Both the position numbers and the translations under genes were made by a program. Below are positions 55,232-64,000 of a stretch of 64,000 nucleotides of DNA, piece by piece. The stretch lies in NCBI GenBank assembly GCA_944377305.1, contig CALWEL010000001.1, positions 55,512 to 119,511 of the forward strand, read 5' to 3'. The stretch comes from an uncultured Clostridia bacterium (GTDB taxonomy: Bacteria > Bacillota > Clostridia > Christensenellales > UBA1242). The notes under the pieces were generated by a model. That model searched no databases. It saw nothing but the letters and a program-made list of their open reading frames with translations, and was not told where the DNA came from. Position 1 is the stretch's first letter. Every line of letters starts with the position of its first letter.

Positions 55232-58180
55232 ATGTCAGATATTGTGTTTGGTGTTAGTTTGGGCTTGATCTTATTTTTTTTGGTGATCGGCTTTTTAGTT
55301 GGACTAATTAGAGGGGTGAAACGCTCGGCAGTACATATTGCGTTTGTGGTCGTAAGTATTTTGGTGGCGTTTTTCATAACTCGTCCTATCGTAAATGCTG
55401 TGCTAGGCATTAACTTTATTTTTGACGGCGAAAGTATGTCTATTAGTGAGTATATTTTGAAATTGATCAATGATAACGCGGTAGATTTATCTAATTTTGA
55501 TTCGGCGTCTACATTTATTCAGACATTACCATCCGCGATTGCTAGCCCGATCGTGTTTATGGAGGTGATGATTTTGGTTTACTTCGTGATTGATATCATA
55601 TATCTGATCGTGGCAAGAATCGCGTTTGGCAAAAAGAAAGAAGATCTCGCTATACATAAGGCACATAGATTGCCTGGCGGATTAGTAGGTATTGTGGAAG
55701 CTTGCTTGTTTGTATTCGTGCTGTTTGCTCCTATAACTTCGCTTACTAGTACATATAGTGAGATTGTGTCGCAGTCTAGTGCGTCCGCAGTTCAGGTTGA
55801 TACGCAAAATGGAAAGCAACATCTGCAAATTGTCGGGGATATTCTATCTGAAAATATACCGAGTGAGGTGGTGGATATGTTGGATGCGTTCAACAAATCG
55901 GCAATTGGCAGAGTGTGTTCAATTGGCGGAATAAACAACTTCCTTTTCGATGAATTGTCAAATATCAAGGTGGACGGCGAAAAAATTCATATTAGAGAAG
56001 AGATAGTCACACTTTTGGATAGCTATGACGAATTTGTGTTTTTGTATAATGATATAGTTGATGAAAATTATGAAAATCTAGATTTTACATCCTTTAAAAA
56101 ATCTATCACTTTCGTCATTGAAAACAATTTGTTTAAGACGGTTTTGTCTGATACCATTGGGGATGTGGTGGTCAATTTCAATCAACTTGATGAAGATTTT
56201 ATAAAAGATCTTCCTGTGCTTGCAAAGGACATTATTACAACTTTACAAACTAGATTTTCCGCACAAGATTTTGATGCGTATAGCTATCTATCAAATGATC
56301 TATTAAAATTGTTGGATATTGCGGATACGATCATCAGCAGTGGAAGATTGGGGACATTTATTGATTTTGAAGCAGGTCAAGATGCGCCACTAGCGGATGT
56401 TTTGAATATGTTTGCGGAAAACACGGACATCTTATCTTCTGCGATGATTGATTTTGTTGATTTGAATTTGGTTAAGGATACATTGCCAATTTTGTTAGAT
56501 TATTGCAATCAAACTATTCAGCCTAATTTTGAAAATGATCAAGGACTGATCGTATCTCTAAATTTAGACATCTCAAACGAAGAATTTAAAAGCGTGATAA
56601 CAAGTTTGTTCCAGGGCGAAAATTCAATTTTGGCTCAAATAAACAACTTGCAAAAAAATCATAACATTTTGGGTATTTTAGAGACAGAAAATGTTTTAGA
56701 TTTCATTTTGAATATCGAAAATCTTGACACTGTTTTGACTGATTTTGGTGCGATTTTGGATGACTTGAACGGGCTTAAGTTGCTAAATTATACGGACAGC
56801 GAAACGGGAGAGCAAATCAAATCTTTTGAAAACATTTTGAAAATAACCGGTATTGATGTGCTGGGCGATACAGTCAAAATTGATGACGGCAATACCAAAT
56901 TATTGGAAGATTATGAAGACTTTTTCAGCTATATCAGCGCGCCTATTCAAAAAATTGCAGATGCAAATTTGGTGGATCTGATAGACGAAAATATTAGTTT
57001 TGATGCTATTGTAGACAGTCTAACTTCGGCTATCAGCGGGGAAACGGAAGAAGATAAAGATCTATACTTCTTGGCAGACATTTTGATGCCTTTTTATGAA
57101 CTAGATCAGGCTAGTTTTGCAAATCGCTCGTTGAAAGATATGATTTTCGTGCAAGTCACCGATTTACTGAAAGAAAATCTTGGCAATGTGCTCGATCTAT
57201 CCACCACGACCGAAACAGAGAATTATCAAACTTGGGAAGATAGGTTGATGTCGGTTGCCAATATAATTGACATTTTGAATGACGGAAAAATGACATCAGT
57301 TAGCGGGGAAGAAAATTTGACTTATCTCAAATATCTAATTAGCGAAAATGTAGATTATTTTGAACTTGTAAAAGAGATGAACAAAGATGGCACCATTGAA
57401 AATTTATTAAATGTTGTCTTTGGCAATTCTATGTATCAGCCATTGAATTCACAAATTTTCTCAATTTTAGACGAGAAGATTGCCGATTTCACTACAGTTT
57501 ATGTTGAAACAGATATTAGCAATTTATATACAGAAAAGGATAGTTATATCAATTTGATTTGTTCAATTATAACATATTTGGATGAAGGGCAGTTTGATAG
57601 CGACGATTTAACCACTAAACTGACAGCAATAGGCGAGATTTTGAATGAGCTCAAAACTTCTGCACACGGTGGAGTGTTGAACGAAGTGTTTGCAAATCTT
57701 ATTTGGTATATGACGGGAGATGTCATAGATAGCGAAAACGCGCAATTATATGCGGGCAAAACTTCTCCTTTCGAATATACTGATAAGGTGAAAGAATATT
57801 TGGATGCTGAAAGTCTCACAAATGGGTATTATGATATAGATTATCTTGCAGAAATTGAAGGCTTGGTTGACTTCATTGAACTTGGCAATCAGATCGTGGA
57901 AAGTCTAAATCAAGTAGATTTATCTAGCGAAACGGGCAGGACTCAATTTGTTCAGGATCTGGACGAAATCGTGCATAGTCTGGGAGATAACGCGCAGGAA
58001 ATCGTAGATACAGCGGTTGATATCGTAAATGTTGTTTTGACCGATGAACAGTTGGGAAAAATTCAAGCGCAGAGCGCGGATGTGATAACTGCGATCACAG
58101 ACTTTGTTTCAGAAAGTGGCGCGCTGACAGACGATATAAAATCTTCGTTGCTAGAATTGTTTGGTCTGAATCAACAATAG
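55232..58180 (+). CDS. CvpA-like membrane domain fused to ~800-aa hyperacidic helical domain (982 aa)
   Basis: GTGAGGA RBS. The N-terminal ~170 aa has 4 TM helices with a 'FLVGLIRGVKRS' CvpA-type motif. The remainder is D/E/L/I/N-rich with very few basic residues. No family recognised for the large domain. Confidence 0.6.
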   Translation: MSDIVFGVSLGLILFFLVIGFLVGLIRGVKRSAVHIAFVVVSILVAFFITRPIVNAVLGINFIFDGESMSISEYILKLINDNAVDLSNFDSASTFIQTLPSAIASPIVFMEVMILVYFVIDIIYLIVARIAFGKKKEDLAIHKAHRLPGGLVGIVEACLFVFVLFAPITSLTSTYSEIVSQSSASAVQVDTQNGKQHLQIVGDILSENIPSEVVDMLDAFNKSAIGRVCSIGGINNFLFDELSNIKVDGEKIHIREEIVTLLDSYDEFVFLYNDIVDENYENLDFTSFKKSITFVIENNLFKTVLSDTIGDVVVNFNQLDEDFIKDLPVLAKDIITTLQTRFSAQDFDAYSYLSNDLLKLLDIADTIISSGRLGTFIDFEAGQDAPLADVLNMFAENTDILSSAMIDFVDLNLVKDTLPILLDYCNQTIQPNFENDQGLIVSLNLDISNEEFKSVITSLFQGENSILAQINNLQKNHNILGILETENVLDFILNIENLDTVLTDFGAILDDLNGLKLLNYTDSETGEQIKSFENILKITGIDVLGDTVKIDDGNTKLLEDYEDFFSYISAPIQKIADANLVDLIDENISFDAIVDSLTSAISGETEEDKDLYFLADILMPFYELDQASFANRSLKDMIFVQVTDLLKENLGNVLDLSTTTETENYQTWEDRLMSVANIIDILNDGKMTSVSGEENLTYLKYLISENVDYFELVKEMNKDGTIENLLNVVFGNSMYQPLNSQIFSILDEKIADFTTVYVETDISNLYTEKDSYINLICSIITYLDEGQFDSDDLTTKLTAIGEILNELKTSAHGGVLNEVFANLIWYMTGDVIDSENAQLYAGKTSPFEYTDKVKEYLDAESLTNGYYDIDYLAEIEGLVDFIELGNQIVESLNQVDLSSETGRTQFVQDLDEIVHSLGDNAQEIVDTAVDIVNVVLTDEQLGKIQAQSADVITAITDFVSESGALTDDIKSSLLELFGLNQQ

Positions 58181-58360
58181 ATTTATGGCGGTTTTGAAAC
58201 TAGTTTAATCGTCGTTTGACTAATGCTATGGCAACTAAAATTTTACAGGCTCGGGCAAGTGCAAAATAAAGGACTTGATATCTTGCCGATGTGTGCGAAA
58301 AATGGGGTAAGACGATTCTAATTAATTCAAATATCAAATTGAATCGCAATAATTCGTTAT

Positions 58361-58397
58361 AAAAAAGTTGAAGATTGATTTTCTTCAACTTTTTTTA
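58361..58397. terminator. Bidirectional terminator between convergent genes
   Basis: AAGTTGAAG (58365-58373) pairs with CTTCAACTT (58383-58391) across a 9-nt loop, with an A6 run on the left and a T7 run on the right. Confidence 0.6.
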
Positions 58398-58444
58398 TGC
58401 AATTTGAAAAACATATTTTAAAATTGGCTATAATTATGCAGATT

Positions 58445-59689
58445 TTAAATTTTTGACTTCAATAATTTTCTAATTTTGCTACCTTTTGGGAAGAGCAACA
58501 TTCCAATTTTATATATAAATCGATTATGAATGATTCGCAGTTTCATAGGATAAATTTCACGCGGAAAAGTTAATTCGGAATCTTTTTTATCATTTGATAT
58601 AGATAATCGCAAATCAAATGCTTTACATAAACTATTCAATCGTAACATTGCGTAACTTTTCTTTTTTGCATAAATTGTACTGCTGGGCAGGTCAAATACT
58701 ATCTGTTTGATCAAGCGCTCAATCTCATCTAGATTGCTAGGTAATAGTTTATGTTTTTCATAAACTTTTTGCAAGTTTGACGGCAGTGGGTAGATTTTAT
58801 CCACCGAATAAATAGACATAATTTTTTCCCGCATATTTTGAAAGTGAGAATGTTTAGCAATACCAACTTGATTTGATACCATTATATTTTTCCACTTCGC
58901 CAGCATTGTGCATAGATCGTGATATCTATTGATGTTTTTTAGTTGATTTTCCATTATAGAAAACACATTCGCCATAGAGTGCACTTGATTTATGAATTTA
59001 TTTTGATCGGTCACATAAATTTGTTGGTCATTGTGGATGCGGTAGAAATAATATCCTGAATGTGTGTTCACTATTTTTTTCGCGTGGCAAAAAGCAAAAA
59101 ACGAAGTTAAAGTATCTTCAGCATACACCATTTTAGGCAAATTTAGGGCAATTATGCTTTCCTTTGCCTGCAAAATTGTCTCACGGCGAAACAATTTGTT
59201 CCACAAAACATAATATGAATGTTCAGTTCCGCAAGATGAAAAAAATTTGGTCAGAACATCCTTCTCCTCTAGCAGAAAATCGCTATTAATGGTGGTATCG
59301 TTTGAACAAACATATTTTGAATGGCTGGTCCAAAGCGCCCAATCGTTGATCACAATATCCGCTCCCGTTTGCTCTGCAGTGCACAACATCGCTTCGTGAT
59401 AATCAAAAGTTAGCATATCGTCTGAATCGACAAATGTGATATATTCTCCACTAGATTTCTCAATTCCGTACAATCTGGCGCAAAGTGTCCCTTTGTTTTC
59501 GGTATAAAATATGTGGAATTGTGGATAACTTTTTTCAATTTCACCATAGTCAACAATAGATCCATCATTTACGATTATCACTTCTAATTCGTTGCGTTTC
59601 GCTATAGAAGATTGAGCCAAACTCTGTAAACATTGTTTGAAATAATCTATATTCGTGTTGTATAGCGGTATTATCGCGGATAATTTCAT
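58445..59689 (-). CDS. Family 2 glycosyltransferase
   Basis: Contains 'LSAIIPLYNT', 'EVIIVNDGS' and 'ITFVDSDD' (DxD). It is 414 aa. Confidence 0.85.
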   Translation of the reverse strand: MKLSAIIPLYNTNIDYFKQCLQSLAQSSIAKRNELEVIIVNDGSIVDYGEIEKSYPQFHIFYTENKGTLCARLYGIEKSSGEYITFVDSDDMLTFDYHEAMLCTAEQTGADIVINDWALWTSHSKYVCSNDTTINSDFLLEEKDVLTKFFSSCGTEHSYYVLWNKLFRRETILQAKESIIALNLPKMVYAEDTLTSFFAFCHAKKIVNTHSGYYFYRIHNDQQIYVTDQNKFINQVHSMANVFSIMENQLKNINRYHDLCTMLAKWKNIMVSNQVGIAKHSHFQNMREKIMSIYSVDKIYPLPSNLQKVYEKHKLLPSNLDEIERLIKQIVFDLPSSTIYAKKKSYAMLRLNSLCKAFDLRLSISNDKKDSELTFPREIYPMKLRIIHNRFIYKIGMLLFPKGSKIRKLLKSKI

Positions 59690-59854
59690 ATATACTCCTA
59701 ATATTTTATTCTAGCAAATCAAAATGGTTAAGTCAAAAATATCCATAAAAAATAAAAAAAATTCCATATCTTAAAGTTTGACATTAATCTCAAATAATGT
59801 TATACTAACTTAACATTATATGTGAAAACAAAAAACTGAAAAGAGAGAAGACAA

Positions 59855-61045
59855 ATGAATAAAAAAATAATTGTATATGGAATGGGATATGTTGGGTTAT
59901 CAAATGCCATACTTTTATCACAAAATAATGAAGTTGTTGGAATTGATATTGTCAAAGAGAAGGTGGATAAGTTAAATAATAAAATAGCACCAATTAAGGA
60001 TAAAGAGATTGAAAATTACCTTGCTAATAAAAATTTAAATTTTATTGCAAAAATGTCAGCTGAAGAATTTGCAAAAATAGCAGATTATGTTATTATCGCA
60101 ACACCAACGAATTTTGATGAAGAACAAAATCATTTTGACACAAGTTCGGTTGATAGCGTGCTTGAAAATTTATCTAAAATAGAAAGCAAAGCAGTGGTTG
60201 TTATTAAATCAACCATACCAATTGGGTACACAAACGAAGTTAAAGAAAAATTTAAAAACTTAACAGTTTTATTTTCTCCTGAATTTTTGCGTGAAGGTAA
60301 AGCTCTTTACGATAATCTTTATCCGTCACGAATTATTGTTGGTTGTAACAAAAATAACAAAAAAGAATTTGAAAAAGCACAAGAATTTGCAGATCTTTTG
60401 AAAAAAAGCGCTATTAAAAAGGATGTGACAATATTAATAATGAATACATTAGAAGCCGAGAGTGTGAAGTTATTTTCAAACACTTATTTAGCAATGCGGG
60501 TAGCCTATTTTAATGAAGTGGATGATTATGCTATAAGAAACAATCTTAACACAAAAGATATAATTGAAGGAATGTGTGCCGATTCACGAATTGGAAACTT
60601 TTATAACAATCCATCTTTTGGTTATGGTGGTTACTGTTTTCCTAAAGACACAAAACAGTTGAAGGCAAATTATAGTGGCATACCAAACAGTTTGATTGAC
60701 TCAATTGTTGATAGCAACCAAGTTAGAAAAGAGTTTATTGCTACCACAATTTTAGATAAAACAATTTCAACCGACACCGTTGGAATTTACAGACTGATTA
60801 TGAAGTCGGGTTCTGATAACTGCAGATCAAGTGCAATTTTTGACATAATAAAAATTTTAGCAAAAGAACGAAAAATTATAATATTTGAGCCAAGCATCAA
60901 ATCAGCTCCAGAAGGAACTAAACTTGAAAGTGACCTTGAAAAATTTAAAAAAGAGTGCGACATAATTTTGGCTAACAGATTTGACAAGACTCTTGAAAAC
61001 GCAAAAGAAAAAGTTTACACAAGAGATATTTTTGAAAGGGATTAA
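59855..61045 (+). CDS. ugd: UDP-glucose 6-dehydrogenase
   Basis: Contains the N-terminal Rossmann motif 'IIVYGMGYVGLSNA', 'SPEFLREGKALYD' and the catalytic 'GGYCFPKD'. It is 396 aa. Confidence 0.93.
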   Translation: MNKKIIVYGMGYVGLSNAILLSQNNEVVGIDIVKEKVDKLNNKIAPIKDKEIENYLANKNLNFIAKMSAEEFAKIADYVIIATPTNFDEEQNHFDTSSVDSVLENLSKIESKAVVVIKSTIPIGYTNEVKEKFKNLTVLFSPEFLREGKALYDNLYPSRIIVGCNKNNKKEFEKAQEFADLLKKSAIKKDVTILIMNTLEAESVKLFSNTYLAMRVAYFNEVDDYAIRNNLNTKDIIEGMCADSRIGNFYNNPSFGYGGYCFPKDTKQLKANYSGIPNSLIDSIVDSNQVRKEFIATTILDKTISTDTVGIYRLIMKSGSDNCRSSAIFDIIKILAKERKIIIFEPSIKSAPEGTKLESDLEKFKKECDIILANRFDKTLENAKEKVYTRDIFERD

Positions 61046-61049
61046 ATGT

Positions 61050-63170
61050 ATGGAAAATATTAATATTGTTTTTATAACAGATAATGATTTTTCAATTCTT
61101 ACAGGTGTTGCAATTTATTCATTAAAAAAACATAGAAATGATAATTGTGTATATAACATTAATATAGTTTGTAATAATGTTGATAGCAATTATATATCTA
61201 AATTTAATAAACTAAAATCAAAAAATTTTAAAATTAACATTATTAAAGTTGATGGAACAAAATATGAAAAATTAAAAAAAGATAATTTGCACGTGTCAAC
61301 GACAGCTCTTTTTAAATTTGATTTACCTAATATATTTCAAAATTTAGATAAGATTTTATATATCGATGGCGATGTGTTATTTCAATCTGATTTATGTGAT
61401 CTTTATAACACAGATATATCTTCAGTGTATGCAGGTGTTTGTGTTGACTATGGTGGGTTGATATATCCTTCTGATTTTAAATCTCGCTTAAAGATTAAGC
61501 ATAAGTATTATTTTAATTCTGGTATGCTTTTATTAAATCTTAAAAAAATGAGAAAAGATAATATTCCAAAAAAATTAATTGAATATAGATTAAAGAAAAA
61601 CAACTATTATATGGACCAAGATGCCTTTAATGTTGTTTTTAGAGAAAATGTGAAGTATTTATCATTAAACTACAATTTTGTTATAACTTGTTGGCGAGAT
61701 TATGACGAAAGTGTTTTAACTGATTTCTATAAATTAAAAAAACAAGATAAGATGATTGATTATTTACTAAATGCAGACATTGTTCATTTTGCTTCTGCTG
61801 ATAAGCCAAGCAAATATGAGGATGTTCCACTAGCAGACTTATGGTTAGATTATTTTAAAGAATCTACTTTTAATAAAATAAAATTAAAAAGGTTATACCT
61901 AAAAAAAATTAATCCAGTACATATTTATTTTACAAAAGAATCTCTTAAAACAAAAGAAACTGATAAAATAGATGCACCATGCATTTCGGTAATTATTCCA
62001 ATATATAATGCTAGAAATTTTATAGTGCCAACATTAAATAGTGTTTTGTCACAAGATTTAAAATTTTTTGAAGTTATATGTGTAGATGATGGTTCAACAG
62101 ATGGAACTTATGAAAGATTAGAGCAATTAGCAAAAGAAGATTCAAGAATTAAGTTATTTAAGCAAAAAAATCAATTTGCTGGTGTTGCAAGAAATAATGG
62201 AATAACAATGGCGACAGGAGATTATATAGTTTTTCTTGATTCAGATGATAAATTAGAAAAACATGCCTTGGTAAGAATGTATAAGAAAGCAATAAGTGAA
62301 AAAGCAGATATTGTTTTAACAGGTGCTTATTATTTAGATGATGTGACTAAAGTTGTATCCTCGGCGGATTTTTGTTTAAGAATGAATTTTCTACCATCAA
62401 AAACTGTTTTTTCAGCTGATGATGTGCCTCAATATATTTTTAATCTTACTGGTGGAAATCCTTGGGCAAAATGTTATAAAAGAGAATTTATTTTGAAATA
62501 TAATTTAAAATTTTTACCAATAAAGCGTTCAGAGGATTTTTATTTTGTTTGTTTATCGCTAATATATGCAAAAAGGATAACAGTTTTACCAGATAGATTA
62601 TTTTTTTATAGAATAAATAATGCAGGAAGTCTTGAATCGACAAAAGATGAAACTCCACTTATTTTTTGGGATGCAAATACTATTCTTTATAATTACTTAA
62701 AAGAACATAATTTATTTGATAAATATAAGCAAAGTTTTTTAAATGATTCATTAAACAGAATGGCTTATAATTTGAAACAAGTTAAAACCGTCACTAGTCT
62801 TGAAGTGATTTTTAAATTATTAAAAACAGAGGGAGTTAAACTTTTTGATTTTAATACAAATAAAGATAATTATTGGTATTTTAAATCCAACCTTGCATAT
62901 ATTAAATATTTTCTAAGTTTAAATAATTTAATGCAATACTTTAATGATTTATTAGAAGAAAATAAAAAATTAAAAAAAGCTTTAAGTAAATATAAAAACG
63001 ACAATATAAAAACAAAAATTAATTATTCAAAAAATAAAAAAGAATCAAAATTAAATTTTAAGCAAAAACTTAAACTTGCAAAAAAAAGAGGAATTAGATA
63101 TTGTTTTATAAGATTATTTAAAGGTAGAGATGCGGGTGACAAATACTTAACTAAAAAAGGATTATGGTAA
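61050..63170 (+). CDS. Bifunctional GT8 (N-terminal) + GT2 (C-terminal) glycosyltransferase
   Basis: The GT8 part has 'NIVFITDNDF' and 'LYIDGDVLF' (DxD). The GT2 part has 'ISVIIPIYNA', 'VICVDDGSTDGT' and 'VFLDSDD'. ATG 61050 lies 5 nt after the ugd stop, whereas the ORF-track start 60981 overlaps ugd. Confidence 0.85.
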   Translation: MENINIVFITDNDFSILTGVAIYSLKKHRNDNCVYNINIVCNNVDSNYISKFNKLKSKNFKINIIKVDGTKYEKLKKDNLHVSTTALFKFDLPNIFQNLDKILYIDGDVLFQSDLCDLYNTDISSVYAGVCVDYGGLIYPSDFKSRLKIKHKYYFNSGMLLLNLKKMRKDNIPKKLIEYRLKKNNYYMDQDAFNVVFRENVKYLSLNYNFVITCWRDYDESVLTDFYKLKKQDKMIDYLLNADIVHFASADKPSKYEDVPLADLWLDYFKESTFNKIKLKRLYLKKINPVHIYFTKESLKTKETDKIDAPCISVIIPIYNARNFIVPTLNSVLSQDLKFFEVICVDDGSTDGTYERLEQLAKEDSRIKLFKQKNQFAGVARNNGITMATGDYIVFLDSDDKLEKHALVRMYKKAISEKADIVLTGAYYLDDVTKVVSSADFCLRMNFLPSKTVFSADDVPQYIFNLTGGNPWAKCYKREFILKYNLKFLPIKRSEDFYFVCLSLIYAKRITVLPDRLFFYRINNAGSLESTKDETPLIFWDANTILYNYLKEHNLFDKYKQSFLNDSLNRMAYNLKQVKTVTSLEVIFKLLKTEGVKLFDFNTNKDNYWYFKSNLAYIKYFLSLNNLMQYFNDLLEENKKLKKALSKYKNDNIKTKINYSKNKKESKLNFKQKLKLAKKRGIRYCFIRLFKGRDAGDKYLTKKGLW

Positions 63171-63175
63171 ACATT

Positions 63176-64000
63176 ATGAATTATGATTATGCATTATTTT
63201 GTAGGGGATTTGTTTTTTCTGATATGGAAATAAATTCTCCAAAAGAGGATTGGAAACAATTTATATTAAAATATAATAACAAAAATTATTACCTTTGGTA
63301 TGACTCAAAAAATGAACTATCATTTAAAACAAAGGGTAATAATTTTTGTTTAATTTTGGGTTATGCTATGGATACCGTCGATTGGCATATGGAAATTGAT
63401 ATAATTTGTGATAGTTTGCTATCAAATTTATGCAAATCACTCAATTGTTTTTATGATTACTTAGATGTATTAAATGGCAGATTTGTGATAATTTTTGGAT
63501 ATGATAATAATATTATTGCCCTTAATGATGCAACGGCAATGCGAAGTGTTTATTATCATGATAAAAAATGTATTATTGCATCACATTATGAGATAATTAA
63601 AAATCTTACAAATGAAACAAAGCATCCATTTTATGATACTTTCATAAATATTGAAAAATATAAACCTTGGACACTTCCTGGGGATATGACTCCTTATAAC
63701 AACATAAAAATTTTACTTGCAAATCACGAACTTGATTTAATTACTTTAAAAATAAGAAGATTTTTTCCTAGAGAAAATAACAAAGAAATATCACTTGATG
63801 AAGCCTTGCTAATTTTGCCTAACCATTTAAAAAATCAAATGGAAACACTTGTTAAATATGCAACTCCATTAATTTCTATGACATCAGGCAGAGATAGTAA
63901 ATTAACGCTTTCAACAACAAGGGATATAAAAGATAAATGTATATATTTTACTTTTGTTAATGAAAATCCTAATCTTTCTAATTATGACCAAAGAAACAGA
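63176..64000 (+). CDS. Partial ORF (275 codons, runs off the window); asparagine-synthase-like / PP-loop-like protein
   Basis: Hand-translated with no stop through to 64000. 'LNGRFVIIF..NDATAMRSVYY' resembles the AsnB N-terminal region, and 'SMTSGRDSKL' resembles a degenerate SGGxDS PP-loop. This is a weak assignment. Confidence 0.4.
   Translation, partial: MNYDYALFCRGFVFSDMEINSPKEDWKQFILKYNNKNYYLWYDSKNELSFKTKGNNFCLILGYAMDTVDWHMEIDIICDSLLSNLCKSLNCFYDYLDVLNGRFVIIFGYDNNIIALNDATAMRSVYYHDKKCIIASHYEIIKNLTNETKHPFYDTFINIEKYKPWTLPGDMTPYNNIKILLANHELDLITLKIRRFFPRENNKEISLDEALLILPNHLKNQMETLVKYATPLISMTSGRDSKLTLSTTRDIKDKCIYFTFVNENPNLSNYDQRNR

Noticed and set aside
24283-58250. Shared 11-mer ATGGCAACTAA at 24283 and about 58247, considered as a possible repeated element
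   Set aside because: Matches of this length are expected many times by chance in 64 kb on two strands, and the flanking sequence is unrelated.
58200-58388. 62-aa ORF on the minus strand
   Set aside because: Its ATG lies inside the stem of the bidirectional terminator (58365-58391). It has no RBS, and the product has no recognisable features.
60981-61049. The ORF-track start at 60981 for the GT8-GT2 gene
   Set aside because: This start would overlap the last 65 nt of ugd. The internal ATG at 61050, 5 nt after the ugd stop, begins the conserved GT8 N-terminus (MENINIVFITDN).
1-64000. Alternative genetic code (UGA=Trp, Mollicutes-like), considered because of the very low G+C
   Set aside because: TGA terminates well-supported genes (for example at 640-642 and 6320-6322). 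Long conserved genes (recA, gyrA, nrdD) are intact with TGG as Trp under code 11.

Overview
This is a 64-kb chromosomal segment from a low-G+C, Bacillota-type anaerobe. It uses the standard code (TGA is a stop at 640-642 and 6320-6322) and GGAGG-type RBSs, and 39 of the 49 CDS I call are on the + strand. I saw no rRNA, tRNA, CRISPR array, integrase or transposase. The housekeeping backbone is pgsA-recA-recN, ferredoxin/trxB, hup, typA, dnaB-yqeY-dtd...metG, gyrB-gyrA, nrdDG with a Crp/Fnr regulator, an IMPase, a tetR-rlmD-degV operon divergent from a second degV, yigZ, argS, an HtrA-like protease and radC. Five accessory modules sit between these: (1) a trxB-coupled operon encoding a 2019-aa surface protein, two YcxB-like paralogs and a CYTH-like protein; (2) an unexplained three-gene insert (unknown / methyltransferase-like / M16 peptidase-like) between dtd and metG; (3) a lipoprotein gene flanked by extremely AT-rich, repeat-bearing spacers that contain sub-threshold small ORFs; (4) fkbM plus a 1269-aa DUF4011-like/SF1-helicase/Vsr-like-nuclease protein (Hhe-type anti-phage architecture), followed by a self-contained, frameshift-split Cys-containing small gene; (5) a cell-envelope/polysaccharide region (traX, O-antigen-ligase-like, a 982-aa CvpA-fused hyperacidic protein, GT2, ugd, a GT8-GT2 fusion and an AsnB-like partial ORF) whose last ~4.3 kb is much lower in G+C. 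The best candidate for a novel or defence-type system is the helicase-nuclease locus at 46.2-52.1 kb. All functional calls rest on motif recognition by eye, with no database searches.
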